From the NCBI GenBank assembly GCA_964590105.1, contig CAZPYM010000004.1, forward strand, positions 1 through 40,008: DNA of 40,008 nucleotides. The letters are read 5' to 3'. This document shows positions 23,264-31,615 of the stretch, piece by piece. The stretch is from an uncultured Gammaproteobacteria bacterium (lineage in GTDB: Bacteria; Patescibacteriota; Patescibacteriia; UBA11705; JABHMO01). Each line of letters begins with the position of its first letter. The first letter of the stretch is position 1. The position numbers were made by a program, and so were the translations under genes. The notes beneath the pieces are model-generated. The model had not been told where the DNA came from. It did no database searches and saw only the letters and a program-made list of their open reading frames with translations.

Positions 23264-25438
23264 TTACTCAGGGAAGCATTCGAAGTCTGTAAACCACACT
23301 TCCCCTTCACCGGCCGAATCTATCAGGCCGGGAATTTTTGTTTCAAACTCATGGTCGCACTGAATCACAGCCTCTGCCGGATCAAAGCACGCCCACTCGT
23401 TTGGATATTTGCAGGCGCAGTTGAAATCAATCCAGGCCGCGCCTCGCTCACATATTTCCCCGATTGTTGAGCTAAAGCTAGCCGCGCCCCCCCCGCTCGC
23501 TTGGCCAGAAGCGCCATACCAGACAAAAGCCTTCATGTCAGAGGGACAAATGACAGTGCAATTAACGCTGTCGCTTTTTTCTGGTTCTTCGTCGCCTTCA
23601 GGCTCATCTATCGGCTCCGGCACAAACTCCGGCTCCGGTTCATTTTCAGGCTCTGGCTCATATTCCGGATCTGGTGCCGGATCTGGTGTCGGATCATCTT
23701 CCGGTTCAATTTGTATTGCGACGCAAGCGCCGGCAAAACAAAGCTTTCCGGAAGGACACAGCTCGCCCTCGTCAATCTGGCCGTCGCAATCGTTGTCAAC
23801 GGCGTCGCAGACTTCGAACGGAACAGATCCGCATTGGCCGCAAGCGTTTTTCACGCCCTCGTCAATCTGACCGTCGCAATCGTTATCAACGGCGTCGCAG
23901 ATTTCAATCGGAACAGCTCCACATTGGCCGCAAGCGTTTTTCACGCCCTCGTCAACCTGGCCGTCGCAATCATTATCAACGCCGTCGCAGATTTCAATCG
24001 GAACAGCTCCACATTGGCCGCAGACGTTTTTCACGCCTTCGTCAATCTGGCCGTCGCAATTATTGTCAACGCCGTCGCAGATTTCCATCTGGCCGGGAAA
24101 AACATTCTGATCGCTATCGTCGCAATCACCGGCGTCCGCTGAAATGCCGTCGCCGTCATTGTCGATTGTCAGCTGAAATCCCTGCCAACCCTGGCCATAC
24201 TCATTGCTAGGGTTAAGGCATTGCTGACTTTGCTCCGTCGTAATCAAACTGCCAATATTCTGCAGGCTGGCATAGAACTGATCCTGTCCCACCAGTGTGA
24301 CCGGCAGCTGATCATAGCCCATCTCGCAAAACAGGTTCCAATTTTCAAACGGCAAAAGTTCGCCATTGTGGACAGCCACGAAAACCGCGCCCGGACCATA
24401 GCCCGGCACGCTAAAGGTCGGCTTTACCAACGTGCCATGACGCACATAGAGCAGGCCGCCACTCGCATACTTGCTGAAATATTTTACTTCCGCTTCTGAA
24501 ACGTTCAGCTGTTTGACCATTCCCTGAATATTCCAGGAATTAAAGCTGACAGCCGATGAAAACTGATAGACAGAGCCGCCGCTCGAACCGAGTGACTGCT
24601 TTTCCATCAGATAATATATTTCCCCCACTTTGAACAGCTCGCGATACGGCTGCCAATTGATTTCGCCGCCGTACGAGTAACATTCAAATTCGCTCTCTGA
24701 AATCTGAATCACTTTTTGCCAGTCAAAGTTATGGGCGTTGAAAACCGCCTCATTGATAATCCAATGCGCCTTGCCATCGATCAAAACATAAATCTTGGCA
24801 TCGCCCGCAACCTGAATCAGCGAACCGTCAGGATGCCAGGAAACCGGCGAAGTGTCTACAAACAAGCTAGCGTAATTGGATGTCTGCCATGAAGCCAAAA
24901 ATTGGTTATGGCTGTAATAATTGTACTCGCCGAGGGTCTTGCCCGGGTCGTGCACAATCACTTCAGTTTCATTCAGGCCGACCAGCAGCATGAAATGTCC
25001 CTGCTTTTGCGGATCCATCTGAATATTGACCGCCACAATGATTGGATTGCCTTTGGACAATTTGTCCGCCAGAAGATCCAGATCGTTTTTGTTTTGCTTG
25101 ACCAACGGGCCCAGCTTGAAATACCCGGCCAGCACATTGGACAAAAGAGCCATGGTCGTGGCATTGCCGTCATAATAATCAGCGCCCGGCTGGGGGCTGA
25201 GATAATTGTTTTCGTAGAGCCAATCAATAACAGCCTTGAGGCCGTCTTCTGTTGGCGCGAAGTCAAGGTAATAGCCGGCCAGCATAAGAGCTGAAGCCGG
25301 ACCGCAGTTCATATTCTGGCTCCAGTCGCCGGGCGGTGACTGAGATTTGAACTGCACATTGTCGAGCTGAATGTCCGCGGCTCTCGCCGGCAGAACAAAG
25401 ACAACTAAACTGCCAAGAATCATTAGCCAGCTTTTCAT
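23264..25438 (-). CDS. large secreted protein: signal peptide, C39-like peptidase domain, central domain, 4x Cys/Asp-rich DNDCDG repeats, Pro/Glu-rich linker, Cys-rich C-terminal domain (724 aa)
   Basis: Start moved to the ATG at 25438, preceded by AAAAGGAGGCAGCG (MKSWLMILGSLVVFVLPARA). NCGPASALMLAGYY and GHFMLLVG..VHDP. Repeats are CDGVDN(D/N)CDGQ(I/V)DEGVKNxCGQCG. Confidence 0.8.
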   Translation of the reverse strand: MKSWLMILGSLVVFVLPARAADIQLDNVQFKSQSPPGDWSQNMNCGPASALMLAGYYLDFAPTEDGLKAVIDWLYENNYLSPQPGADYYDGNATTMALLSNVLAGYFKLGPLVKQNKNDLDLLADKLSKGNPIIVAVNIQMDPQKQGHFMLLVGLNETEVIVHDPGKTLGEYNYYSHNQFLASWQTSNYASLFVDTSPVSWHPDGSLIQVAGDAKIYVLIDGKAHWIINEAVFNAHNFDWQKVIQISESEFECYSYGGEINWQPYRELFKVGEIYYLMEKQSLGSSGGSVYQFSSAVSFNSWNIQGMVKQLNVSEAEVKYFSKYASGGLLYVRHGTLVKPTFSVPGYGPGAVFVAVHNGELLPFENWNLFCEMGYDQLPVTLVGQDQFYASLQNIGSLITTEQSQQCLNPSNEYGQGWQGFQLTIDNDGDGISADAGDCDDSDQNVFPGQMEICDGVDNNCDGQIDEGVKNVCGQCGAVPIEICDGVDNDCDGQVDEGVKNACGQCGAVPIEICDAVDNDCDGQIDEGVKNACGQCGSVPFEVCDAVDNDCDGQIDEGELCPSGKLCFAGACVAIQIEPEDDPTPDPAPDPEYEPEPENEPEPEFVPEPIDEPEGDEEPEKSDSVNCTVICPSDMKAFVWYGASGQASGGGAASFSSTIGEICERGAAWIDFNCACKYPNEWACFDPAEAVIQCDHEFETKIPGLIDSAGEGEVWFTDFECFPE
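23765..24090. repeat. 3.6 tandem copies of a 90-bp (30-codon) near-identical coding repeat
   Basis: Units start at 23765, 23855, 23945 and 24035, with only a few substitutions between units. In frame within the 724-aa gene. Confidence 0.9.
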
Positions 25439-25509
25439 CGCTGCCTCCTTTTGCCGAAACAATCCATCCTTATCGGATGTGTTCCGGCGGCTTTGGGTTT
25501 GCGGTTTTG

Positions 25510-25551
25510 GCACGCAAAGCAGAAGCGCAATTTCGCTTCTGCTTTGCGTGC
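25510..25551. other. 18-bp perfect stem hairpin (GCACGCAAAGCAGAAGCG-CAATTT-CGCTTCTGCTTTGCGTGC) between two minus-strand genes
   Basis: Read directly. There is no U-tract on the minus-strand side; GATGTTTTGTTGTT follows on the plus side. Confidence 0.8.
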
Positions 25552-25563
25552 GATGTTTTGTTG

Positions 25564-26241
25564 TTAGAACTGGAAGTCAGCCAGAAAAGCATTGAAAACT
25601 GAATACGCTTCCTGCTTTTCTTGGTCGCTGTAATAAAGGCTAAAGTCGTAGATCTTGTCGCCACTTCTGGCGAAAAACCTCGGTTGGCCGGCTAGCACGC
25701 CGCTAACGTTCGTAGGCGCAACGCCCTCGATCTCAGGCTGGAAAGGCACTTGATAAGGATGAAACTCTGTGACCACATCAGTATAGATCTGATCAACAAA
25801 GTCCTGCCAAGGCCGCCCCTGATATCCGCTGTATATTGACACAGAAATCAAGATGAATCGGTCAGCATACTTTTCCGTATTAATCTTGTTTGTGCCATCC
25901 ACTTCCACGTAATAGTCGTCCGGCGCCGCGCCGCCAAGCATGACCTGCTTATCAGTGCTTTTTACCTGCAAAAGCAGAACGCCCGAAGCCTCTGTTGTTT
26001 CCACCTGCCAGTCGGCCGGATAACGGAAACCAAGACCGACTTCTGAATAATTTTGCCAATCATTCTGACTGGCTTTGTCAGCGCCAAGGTCAACCGGCTG
26101 AACCGGCTGACTGGCCGGCTCTTCATTGCCAAACTGTTCGTCAGGCACCGAAATTGTGCGTGTGCAAGCAGAGCCGAAAATCATGATTATCGCCGCCAGC
26201 AAACAAGTGTAGAGCATAATGCCCAATTTTTCTAGGTTCAT
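25564..26241 (-). CDS. hypothetical secreted/lipoprotein (225 aa), paralog of 26327-26971
   Basis: RBS AAAGGAGACAACGCT. Hydrophobic N-terminus ending in FGSAC. The C-terminal block GDKIYDFSLYYS...VFNAFLADF resembles GDKVFQLILIYS...YVNQIMTKF in the neighbouring gene. Confidence 0.6.
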   Translation of the reverse strand: MNLEKLGIMLYTCLLAAIIMIFGSACTRTISVPDEQFGNEEPASQPVQPVDLGADKASQNDWQNYSEVGLGFRYPADWQVETTEASGVLLLQVKSTDKQVMLGGAAPDDYYVEVDGTNKINTEKYADRFILISVSIYSGYQGRPWQDFVDQIYTDVVTEFHPYQVPFQPEIEGVAPTNVSGVLAGQPRFFARSGDKIYDFSLYYSDQEKQEAYSVFNAFLADFQF

Positions 26242-26326
26242 AGCGTTGTCTCCTTTGCCCTGAACTTGGAATCTTCCTGTTCCAAATTTCAGAACGGTTG
26301 ATTTGTTATTTGTAGGTAAATGCCCG

Positions 26327-26971
26327 TCATGGGAATTTGGTCATAATCTGATTGACGTAAGTGCGGCTGGTGCCGCTGTAAATCAGAATCAGCTGAAAAA
26401 CCTTGTCGCCATGCCGCACAAAAACCGTTGGCGCATTCCAATAATAATCAACATCCCAATTGAGCTGCATTGCCCGGTGCTCTCCGATGTCAACCGAACG
26501 ATGGCTAAAATATTTCGTGCCATACATTTTTTTCAAATACACTGTCCAGTCAAAATCGTCCTCGCTAAAAGATTCGTCCGTTTTGACGACAAACAAATTG
26601 TACACGGCGCGATAACTGCGCTGTTCGCGACTCTTGAACTCTTCCGGTTCAATCAGGCAAAACAACAAAGAACTGCCCACCTGCTTCACAATGTAAATCT
26701 GATCATCCAAAGCCTGCGCATCCTTTAACCATGAAATTGGAACGTTAAACGCTTGCAAATTTGCCTGTTCAAAATTCCGTGGATTATAGCCAAAAGCAGA
26801 CACGCTGACATTCTGGCTAGTTTTCAAAGTAACATCCGCGTCCTCCACCACGATCTTCTCATAATCCCACGGCTCTTTCAAAAGCGGCCGCGACAGGTCA
26901 ACTGCCTGCACACCGCCGCACCCAATAAGCATAGCCACCGCGACAATCAACTGCCACTGATTTGTCTTCAT
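26327..26971 (-). CDS. hypothetical lipoprotein (214 aa), paralog of 25564-26241
   Basis: RBS AAAGGGGGACGCG. Lipobox MLIGCGG. Shares a C-terminal block with the neighbouring gene. Confidence 0.6.
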   Translation of the reverse strand: MKTNQWQLIVAVAMLIGCGGVQAVDLSRPLLKEPWDYEKIVVEDADVTLKTSQNVSVSAFGYNPRNFEQANLQAFNVPISWLKDAQALDDQIYIVKQVGSSLLFCLIEPEEFKSREQRSYRAVYNLFVVKTDESFSEDDFDWTVYLKKMYGTKYFSHRSVDIGEHRAMQLNWDVDYYWNAPTVFVRHGDKVFQLILIYSGTSRTYVNQIMTKFP

Positions 26972-27252
26972 CGCGTCCCCCTTTCGGCCGCCATTGGCCG
27001 TAAAATTTTAATTGTCAAAGTGCGATTATTTTTTGCACTTTAATCATAAATCAAAAAGTTTCCGCTTCCTAACAAAATGTTTTCCACACTCGTCAGATTT
27101 TTGTAAAACGACTTTTTCCCATAGAAAAACAACAAAAAACTTGTCGAGCTAGGTCGACAAGTTTTCAGATAGCGGACGGTAACTTCTTATTTGAATTTCA
27201 ACCAAGACAGATACTAGATATTACTTTTGTAACCAAAAGTAACAAAAGTTTT

Positions 27253-27389
27253 GGGGGTAATTGATTCGCGTCAGAGCATCGCGTTCGTGGTTATCACTCC
27301 TTCTTGGCACATTCGCAAAAATGATATTGAACATCTCATTGATGCTGCTTCGTACGACAGCCGCGGCCACTGGCTCAGCAATTACCCCC
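27253..27389. other. long-range 11-bp inverted repeat GGGGGTAATTG ... CAATTACCCCC enclosing about 115 nt in a 575-nt noncoding gap (possible structured RNA)
   Basis: Arms at 27253-27263 and 27379-27389, read directly. There is no SD-led ORF in the gap. Confidence 0.2.
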
Positions 27390-27483
27390 AAACCCCCACC
27401 ATTTAAACAAGTTCCACTCGTAAACTCGAGAACAACTCTCAATGAAATCCGGGTTCTATTTCTAATATGAACTCAACAGCAAC

Positions 27484-27511
27484 TTGACAATTCAAGCTCA
27501 ACAGTTAAACT
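27484..27511 (+). promoter_or_regulatory. candidate promoter (TTGACA, 16 nt, TAAACT) for the HAD gene
   Basis: TTGACA at 27484-27489 and TAAACT at 27506-27511. Confidence 0.45.
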
Positions 27512-27547
27512 AATAAAAATTGTTCATTGCCAACCAAGGAGGACGCT

Positions 27548-28384
27548 ATGACCAAAGGTCTTATACTATTAGACCTTGACAAGACTTTAATTGGAACAAA
27601 TTTCGTTTACACCAACACAGGCATATTTGACGCTGTCAAAATACTACAAGCCGACGGCTGGACAATCGGCCTTAATTCAGATCGCGCAATTATCAATTTG
27701 AGAAAATACAAGGAATTGTTTGGCCTGAACGGCCCGTTGATCTGCGAGCTGGGAAACATCATTGAAACTGATCAAGACTCCGAGCCACGCTGGACACAGC
27801 CGAGACTACAAAGCCTCTTTATCAAACTATTCAAATCGCTGGTTCAATTGCTTCGCACTGATTACCCGCAAGTGATTGCCATAATCAGCGACAATGAACG
27901 GGCGCAAAAAATACTGGCCGGCGCCAGACTTGACACCACAGTGCTGCTTTTTCTTTTGAATAGCCTGCGCCAAGCTAGTCTTGCTTTCAATGCTTTTTAT
28001 CTTGAAGCATACACTCTCCGAGGATTTTCATCCGCGCCCGACCTACTGCAAGAAATTGCGGCGGAAGTCACAGAAATGTTTATTTCGATTTTTGACTGCA
28101 AACCGATATGCTCTATGGATGCGAGAACATACAACCTCTGCATGCTCCATCATCCCGATTCCAGCAAAACACTGGGCGCGGCCGCTCTTTTGCAGAACAG
28201 TGACTATTCGCGCGTATTCATGGTCGGCGACACCACATTTGACTATCTTGAAATCAAGGGCGTGACCCACTGCGCAGTTGGAAACGCTTCGCCTGAATTC
28301 AAACAGCTCTGCCAATTTGTGGCTCCTCACACGCTAACAAGCGGGGTAATTGAGTGTCTCGAATGGATCAATCAAAGCTCCTAA
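27548..28384 (+). CDS. HAD-superfamily phosphatase, Cof/IIB-like (278 aa)
   Basis: RBS AAGGAGGACGCT then ATG at 27548. DxD motif LLDLDKTL. C-terminal MVGDTTFDY...AVGNA, as in HAD-IIB. Confidence 0.8.
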   Translation: MTKGLILLDLDKTLIGTNFVYTNTGIFDAVKILQADGWTIGLNSDRAIINLRKYKELFGLNGPLICELGNIIETDQDSEPRWTQPRLQSLFIKLFKSLVQLLRTDYPQVIAIISDNERAQKILAGARLDTTVLLFLLNSLRQASLAFNAFYLEAYTLRGFSSAPDLLQEIAAEVTEMFISIFDCKPICSMDARTYNLCMLHHPDSSKTLGAAALLQNSDYSRVFMVGDTTFDYLEIKGVTHCAVGNASPEFKQLCQFVAPHTLTSGVIECLEWINQSS

Positions 28385-28429
28385 TAAAAAAACGCTAGGC
28401 TCACACTGCCGGCGTTTTTCTTTTTAAAC

Positions 28430-30031
28430 TTAAATTTGTCTTAATATTTTCTTCAACCGCTCAACCATTTCATTATACAACCACAACCGCTCGGGCGCTA
28501 TGCAATAATCGCATTTGCAAGCGGAATAAACAGAATACCAGATAGCCCGACAAAGCTGCCAAAAATCGCGATTAAAAACTTTATTTTTAATATATTTTTC
28601 CGCTTCACTTTCAATTTGCTGAATCAATGATTGCAGATTCACTTCCGCTCCTGACCTTTTCAATTCCAAGTCTTTGCGAATAACTGAAACATAGTAACCA
28701 GCCAGATCAATGGCAACATTCCCTATGGCTTTTGATTTTTCCAAATATGGAACAGCCTGGCGCGGATCAATAAAATAGGCCTTGTCGTCTTTAACAATGA
28801 TGTTGCCAACACTCAAATCTTTGTGCGCCATTGAACAGATATTATGCGTCAAGAAATGTTTTTCATTTTTTTTAATTTTTTCCAAAATCTCCGCCGCTTC
28901 GGCAATCGGCCATTCGGCCTTTTCAAAATTTATTTTCAATGCTGACAATAATTCATTAAAAAATAATTTAGATTGAACAACATCTTCTCTTTTTGTTGCT
29001 TCATGAATTTGACGAATCAACCGCAGAACCGCCTGATTATATTTTTCCAAATTGATTTTATCAGCCGCAACGGCCAAACGATAGGCTTGCTCCAAATTTT
29101 TCTCGCCCAAAAATTCAATCTCCAGGATTGCCGCTCCATCTTGTTCGAAAATCAGCTGAACGTCGGGAAAAGCTTTACAGCCGTTAAGCTTTTCCGCGAA
29201 GCGTTGGTAATTGTCCAATTCCTGCCTGATTTTTTCAACAGCTCCGACTTTGTAAATCTTTTTATTATACAAAAATACCCGTGAATCAGACGAGCCGGAC
29301 AATTTTTGCAATTGCCCTTCCTGAAAATCATTTTGGCCAAAATAATTAGCGAGAATATCTTTTAACGGATTATCCTTGCCCATTAAAAATTTTTTTATTT
29401 GCAAAATATCATTAATAATATAATCGGCAAACTCTGACTCATTGCCGCCGACCAGAATAGTTGTCATGCCCAGTTTTTTTGCAGGAGCAATGTCCGTGCA
29501 TTCCTGATCACCGACGGAAATGCAATTTTTGCATTCAATGCCGTATTTTTCCGCAATGAACTGAAAGCGATTATTATGATCTTTGCGAATATCACTCTCG
29601 CCCGTGAAAAAATTTTTTTGAAAAATATTTTCAATTTCCAATTGTTTCATCACGCGTTCCACCCAAACTTTAGGGGCGTCGGAAACCAGCGCCAGATTAT
29701 ATTTTTTGCTGAGGCTCTTCAAAATAACATTAATGTCCGCTTGCTCTTCCATCAAAGGCGCCGGATCAATGTCCCAGACAAAATTAAAATATTCATAACG
29801 ATCTATTCCGTGCTCTTTTTCAAGACCAAGGCTGATTCCTTGTTTATATTTATCAATCACGTCTTTTAATATCTGTTCCGCCTGCTCTATGCTTTTGTTT
29901 AATTTTTTTTGGATATACAGCCGCGCATTTTCAAGAACTTTAACTTTTAATTGCGAATTGTCATAAGACCCGCCCTTTAATTTGTAAAGGGTGCCGTCAA
30001 GATCGAAAATTATCAATTTTTTGTTTTCCAT
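28430..30031 (-). CDS. fusion protein: N-terminal HAD hydrolase plus C-terminal APH/choline-kinase-like phosphotransferase (533 aa)
   Basis: IIFDLDGTLY and VGDQECTDI (HAD motifs I and IV). Kinase catalytic loop HKDLSVGN and metal-binding FIDP. Confidence 0.75.
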   Translation of the reverse strand: MENKKLIIFDLDGTLYKLKGGSYDNSQLKVKVLENARLYIQKKLNKSIEQAEQILKDVIDKYKQGISLGLEKEHGIDRYEYFNFVWDIDPAPLMEEQADINVILKSLSKKYNLALVSDAPKVWVERVMKQLEIENIFQKNFFTGESDIRKDHNNRFQFIAEKYGIECKNCISVGDQECTDIAPAKKLGMTTILVGGNESEFADYIINDILQIKKFLMGKDNPLKDILANYFGQNDFQEGQLQKLSGSSDSRVFLYNKKIYKVGAVEKIRQELDNYQRFAEKLNGCKAFPDVQLIFEQDGAAILEIEFLGEKNLEQAYRLAVAADKINLEKYNQAVLRLIRQIHEATKREDVVQSKLFFNELLSALKINFEKAEWPIAEAAEILEKIKKNEKHFLTHNICSMAHKDLSVGNIIVKDDKAYFIDPRQAVPYLEKSKAIGNVAIDLAGYYVSVIRKDLELKRSGAEVNLQSLIQQIESEAEKYIKNKVFNRDFWQLCRAIWYSVYSACKCDYCIAPERLWLYNEMVERLKKILRQI

Positions 30032-30087
30032 ATTAATTTAAACTTACCAATTTTAACCTCGTTCGTCAACATAAACCCCCTGTCTAA

Positions 30088-30116
30088 AATAAAAAAAGCT
30101 GCACATGGAGCAGCTT
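30088..30116 (-). terminator. intrinsic terminator after the GNAT gene
   Basis: Minus strand reads AAGCTGC-TCCATGT-GCAGCTT followed by TTTTTTTATTTT. Confidence 0.7.
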
Positions 30117-30125
30117 GCTTGCGAA

Positions 30126-30680
30126 TTAACAATTTATTTTTATGAACCAGAACTCATGAAACAACGGCCTTTGGCTGGCGGGCTGGATTATACCCGTTCG
30201 CTTGAAGCCAAATCGCTCTGCAGTTTTAATTGAACCAATGTTGTCAGTTCGCAATCTGGTCAACACCAGTGTTTTTCTGCCAGCGCGTTCAAGCTTTTTC
30301 AAAAAATTCCGACGAAGCTCGGCGCTGATGCCGCGGCGCTGAAAATCCGGATCAACGAGTAATTCCCTTTCCCAGACAAGAGCGCCGTTCAAGTCAAACC
30401 GGCGGATTTGCTTTTCAGCCCAGCCAGCCAAATCTCGGCCTCTTTCTTCTGCCAAGCGAGCCAGACTTGTCGTGTCATACCAATGCGCGCCGGCGATCCG
30501 GCTATCAACCTCCGCCACAATTGCCGTAAAACCGGACATGGCCGACTGCTTGTTCCAACGAACCGTAACTTCCTCGTCTGATAAATTTTCATGCCAAGGA
30601 AATCCAGCAAATGCTCTCTGGTACACTTGCAGAACAGCATCAACATCTTCCGTCCGAAGCAGGCGTATTCGCCTTTCCAT
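30126..30680 (-). CDS. GNAT-family N-acetyltransferase (184 aa)
   Basis: RBS AAGGAGGAGCTC. Acetyl-CoA motif A-like QRRGISAELRRNFL. Confidence 0.85.
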   Translation of the reverse strand: MERRIRLLRTEDVDAVLQVYQRAFAGFPWHENLSDEEVTVRWNKQSAMSGFTAIVAEVDSRIAGAHWYDTTSLARLAEERGRDLAGWAEKQIRRFDLNGALVWERELLVDPDFQRRGISAELRRNFLKKLERAGRKTLVLTRLRTDNIGSIKTAERFGFKRTGIIQPASQRPLFHEFWFIKINC

Positions 30681-30696
30681 GAGCTCCTCCTTAAAA

Positions 30697-30731
30697 ATGT
30701 TCCATGTTTCGTGTTAGGTGTTAGGTGTCCA
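30697..30731. repeat. five tandem 7-mers ATGTTCC ATGTTTC GTGTTAG GTGTTAG GTGTCCA
   Basis: Read directly, in the spacer between the AstE-family gene and the GNAT gene, overlapping the end of the AstE-family gene. Confidence 0.8.
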
Positions 30732-31535
30732 GTGAACTTTAATCATTTTATAACAAGCTATTTCATATTCGCCGGCCAACAACGGATAAAATTCTTCGTC
30801 GTCAATTTTTGTCAATTCAAAATCTTTTAATTGCCGGTCACATTTTTCCAATTTGCCATTAACAAAATATATATTTTTACCGGCTAAATTTTCTTTTGTA
30901 ATCGGCCGGCTGTAATTCCCACAAAATTCTTTAATTATTTTTTTTAATTCTCGCGCTACACCCGGATCGTTTTTCGGACCGGCTTCAATTTCAATGGCCG
31001 GCTCAATGAATTCGACCAACGGACCAAAATCGCGCGTAGTTGACGGCAACCAGATGACAATATTTTTTATATTAAATTGCAAAGCCAGCATTAAATCATT
31101 GAAAGACAATTTGGTTAGAATAATAAAAAGCCCGGTATCCACTTTACTGCCGTGCAGATCAATTATAGAATTATAATTTTTCGCTTGTTTTATAATTTCA
31201 GCGGCTCGGCGCTCTTCATGTTTTTCCGACCTGGAATTTCCCGGCCCGGCGCGATTCAGATCGCAGTCAACAAAACGTTGGTTCAGTTCAAGCGCTTTTT
31301 CATTGGCAATTAGCCAGTCAAAATCCGCGCTTTTGCCCAGATCCTTCAAAACTTCAATGCCAATACTCTCATCGCCGTGCGTAGCGGCCAAAAATAAAAT
31401 TGGTTTTTTTACATCTACTTTTTCCAATAAAACATGGCTATCTTCTGAAATCTCAAATGCCTGCAATTTTTTGTAAAACTGATTAAATTTCTCCTGATGA
31501 AGAGGGTTTATTTTATTAAAAAATTTGTTTGGCAT
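30714..31535 (-). CDS. succinylglutamate desuccinylase/aspartoacylase (AstE/AspA) family zinc hydrolase (273 aa)
   Basis: Start moved to the ATG at 31535. ATHGDESIG (HxxE zinc site), DCDLNRAGPG and IDLHGS. Confidence 0.75.
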   Translation of the reverse strand: MPNKFFNKINPLHQEKFNQFYKKLQAFEISEDSHVLLEKVDVKKPILFLAATHGDESIGIEVLKDLGKSADFDWLIANEKALELNQRFVDCDLNRAGPGNSRSEKHEERRAAEIIKQAKNYNSIIDLHGSKVDTGLFIILTKLSFNDLMLALQFNIKNIVIWLPSTTRDFGPLVEFIEPAIEIEAGPKNDPGVARELKKIIKEFCGNYSRPITKENLAGKNIYFVNGKLEKCDRQLKDFELTKIDDEEFYPLLAGEYEIACYKMIKVHWTPNT

Positions 31536-31615
31536 TTTCTTGTTATTCAATTTGACAGTAAAACATTTTCGAATGATTGTCAATTAAAATCAACCGGCAC
31601 GGCATACAACTCCCC

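Noticed and set aside
23765-24090. Regular 90-bp tandem repeats as a possible CRISPR array
   Set aside because: The units abut each other with no unique spacers, are in frame and encode a protein repeat. No cas genes are in the window.
23409-24210. Three long plus-strand ORFs (153, 213 and 178 aa), and a 63-aa minus-strand ORF in another frame, overlapping the 724-aa minus-strand gene
   Set aside because: They lie in the GC-rich repeat and linker region, where stop codons are rare in all frames. Their translations are low-complexity (SGS, RRR and RQ runs), they have no RBS, and the minus-strand frame carries clear domain motifs.
27290-27390. SRP (4.5S) RNA on the minus strand, because of a GAAGCAGC octamer
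   Set aside because: The flanks do not form the long hairpin with symmetric and asymmetric loops, and the GGAA tetraloop context is missing.
27253-27403. tmRNA or tRNA-like element: a 5' GGGGGTAATTGATTCGCG resembling tmRNA 5' ends, and a 3' ACCCCCACCA
   Set aside because: There is no T-arm (GGTTCGAATCC-like) before the 3' strand, no G3-U70 pair and no tag reading frame. It is only about 150 nt long. The resemblance is limited to G/C runs.
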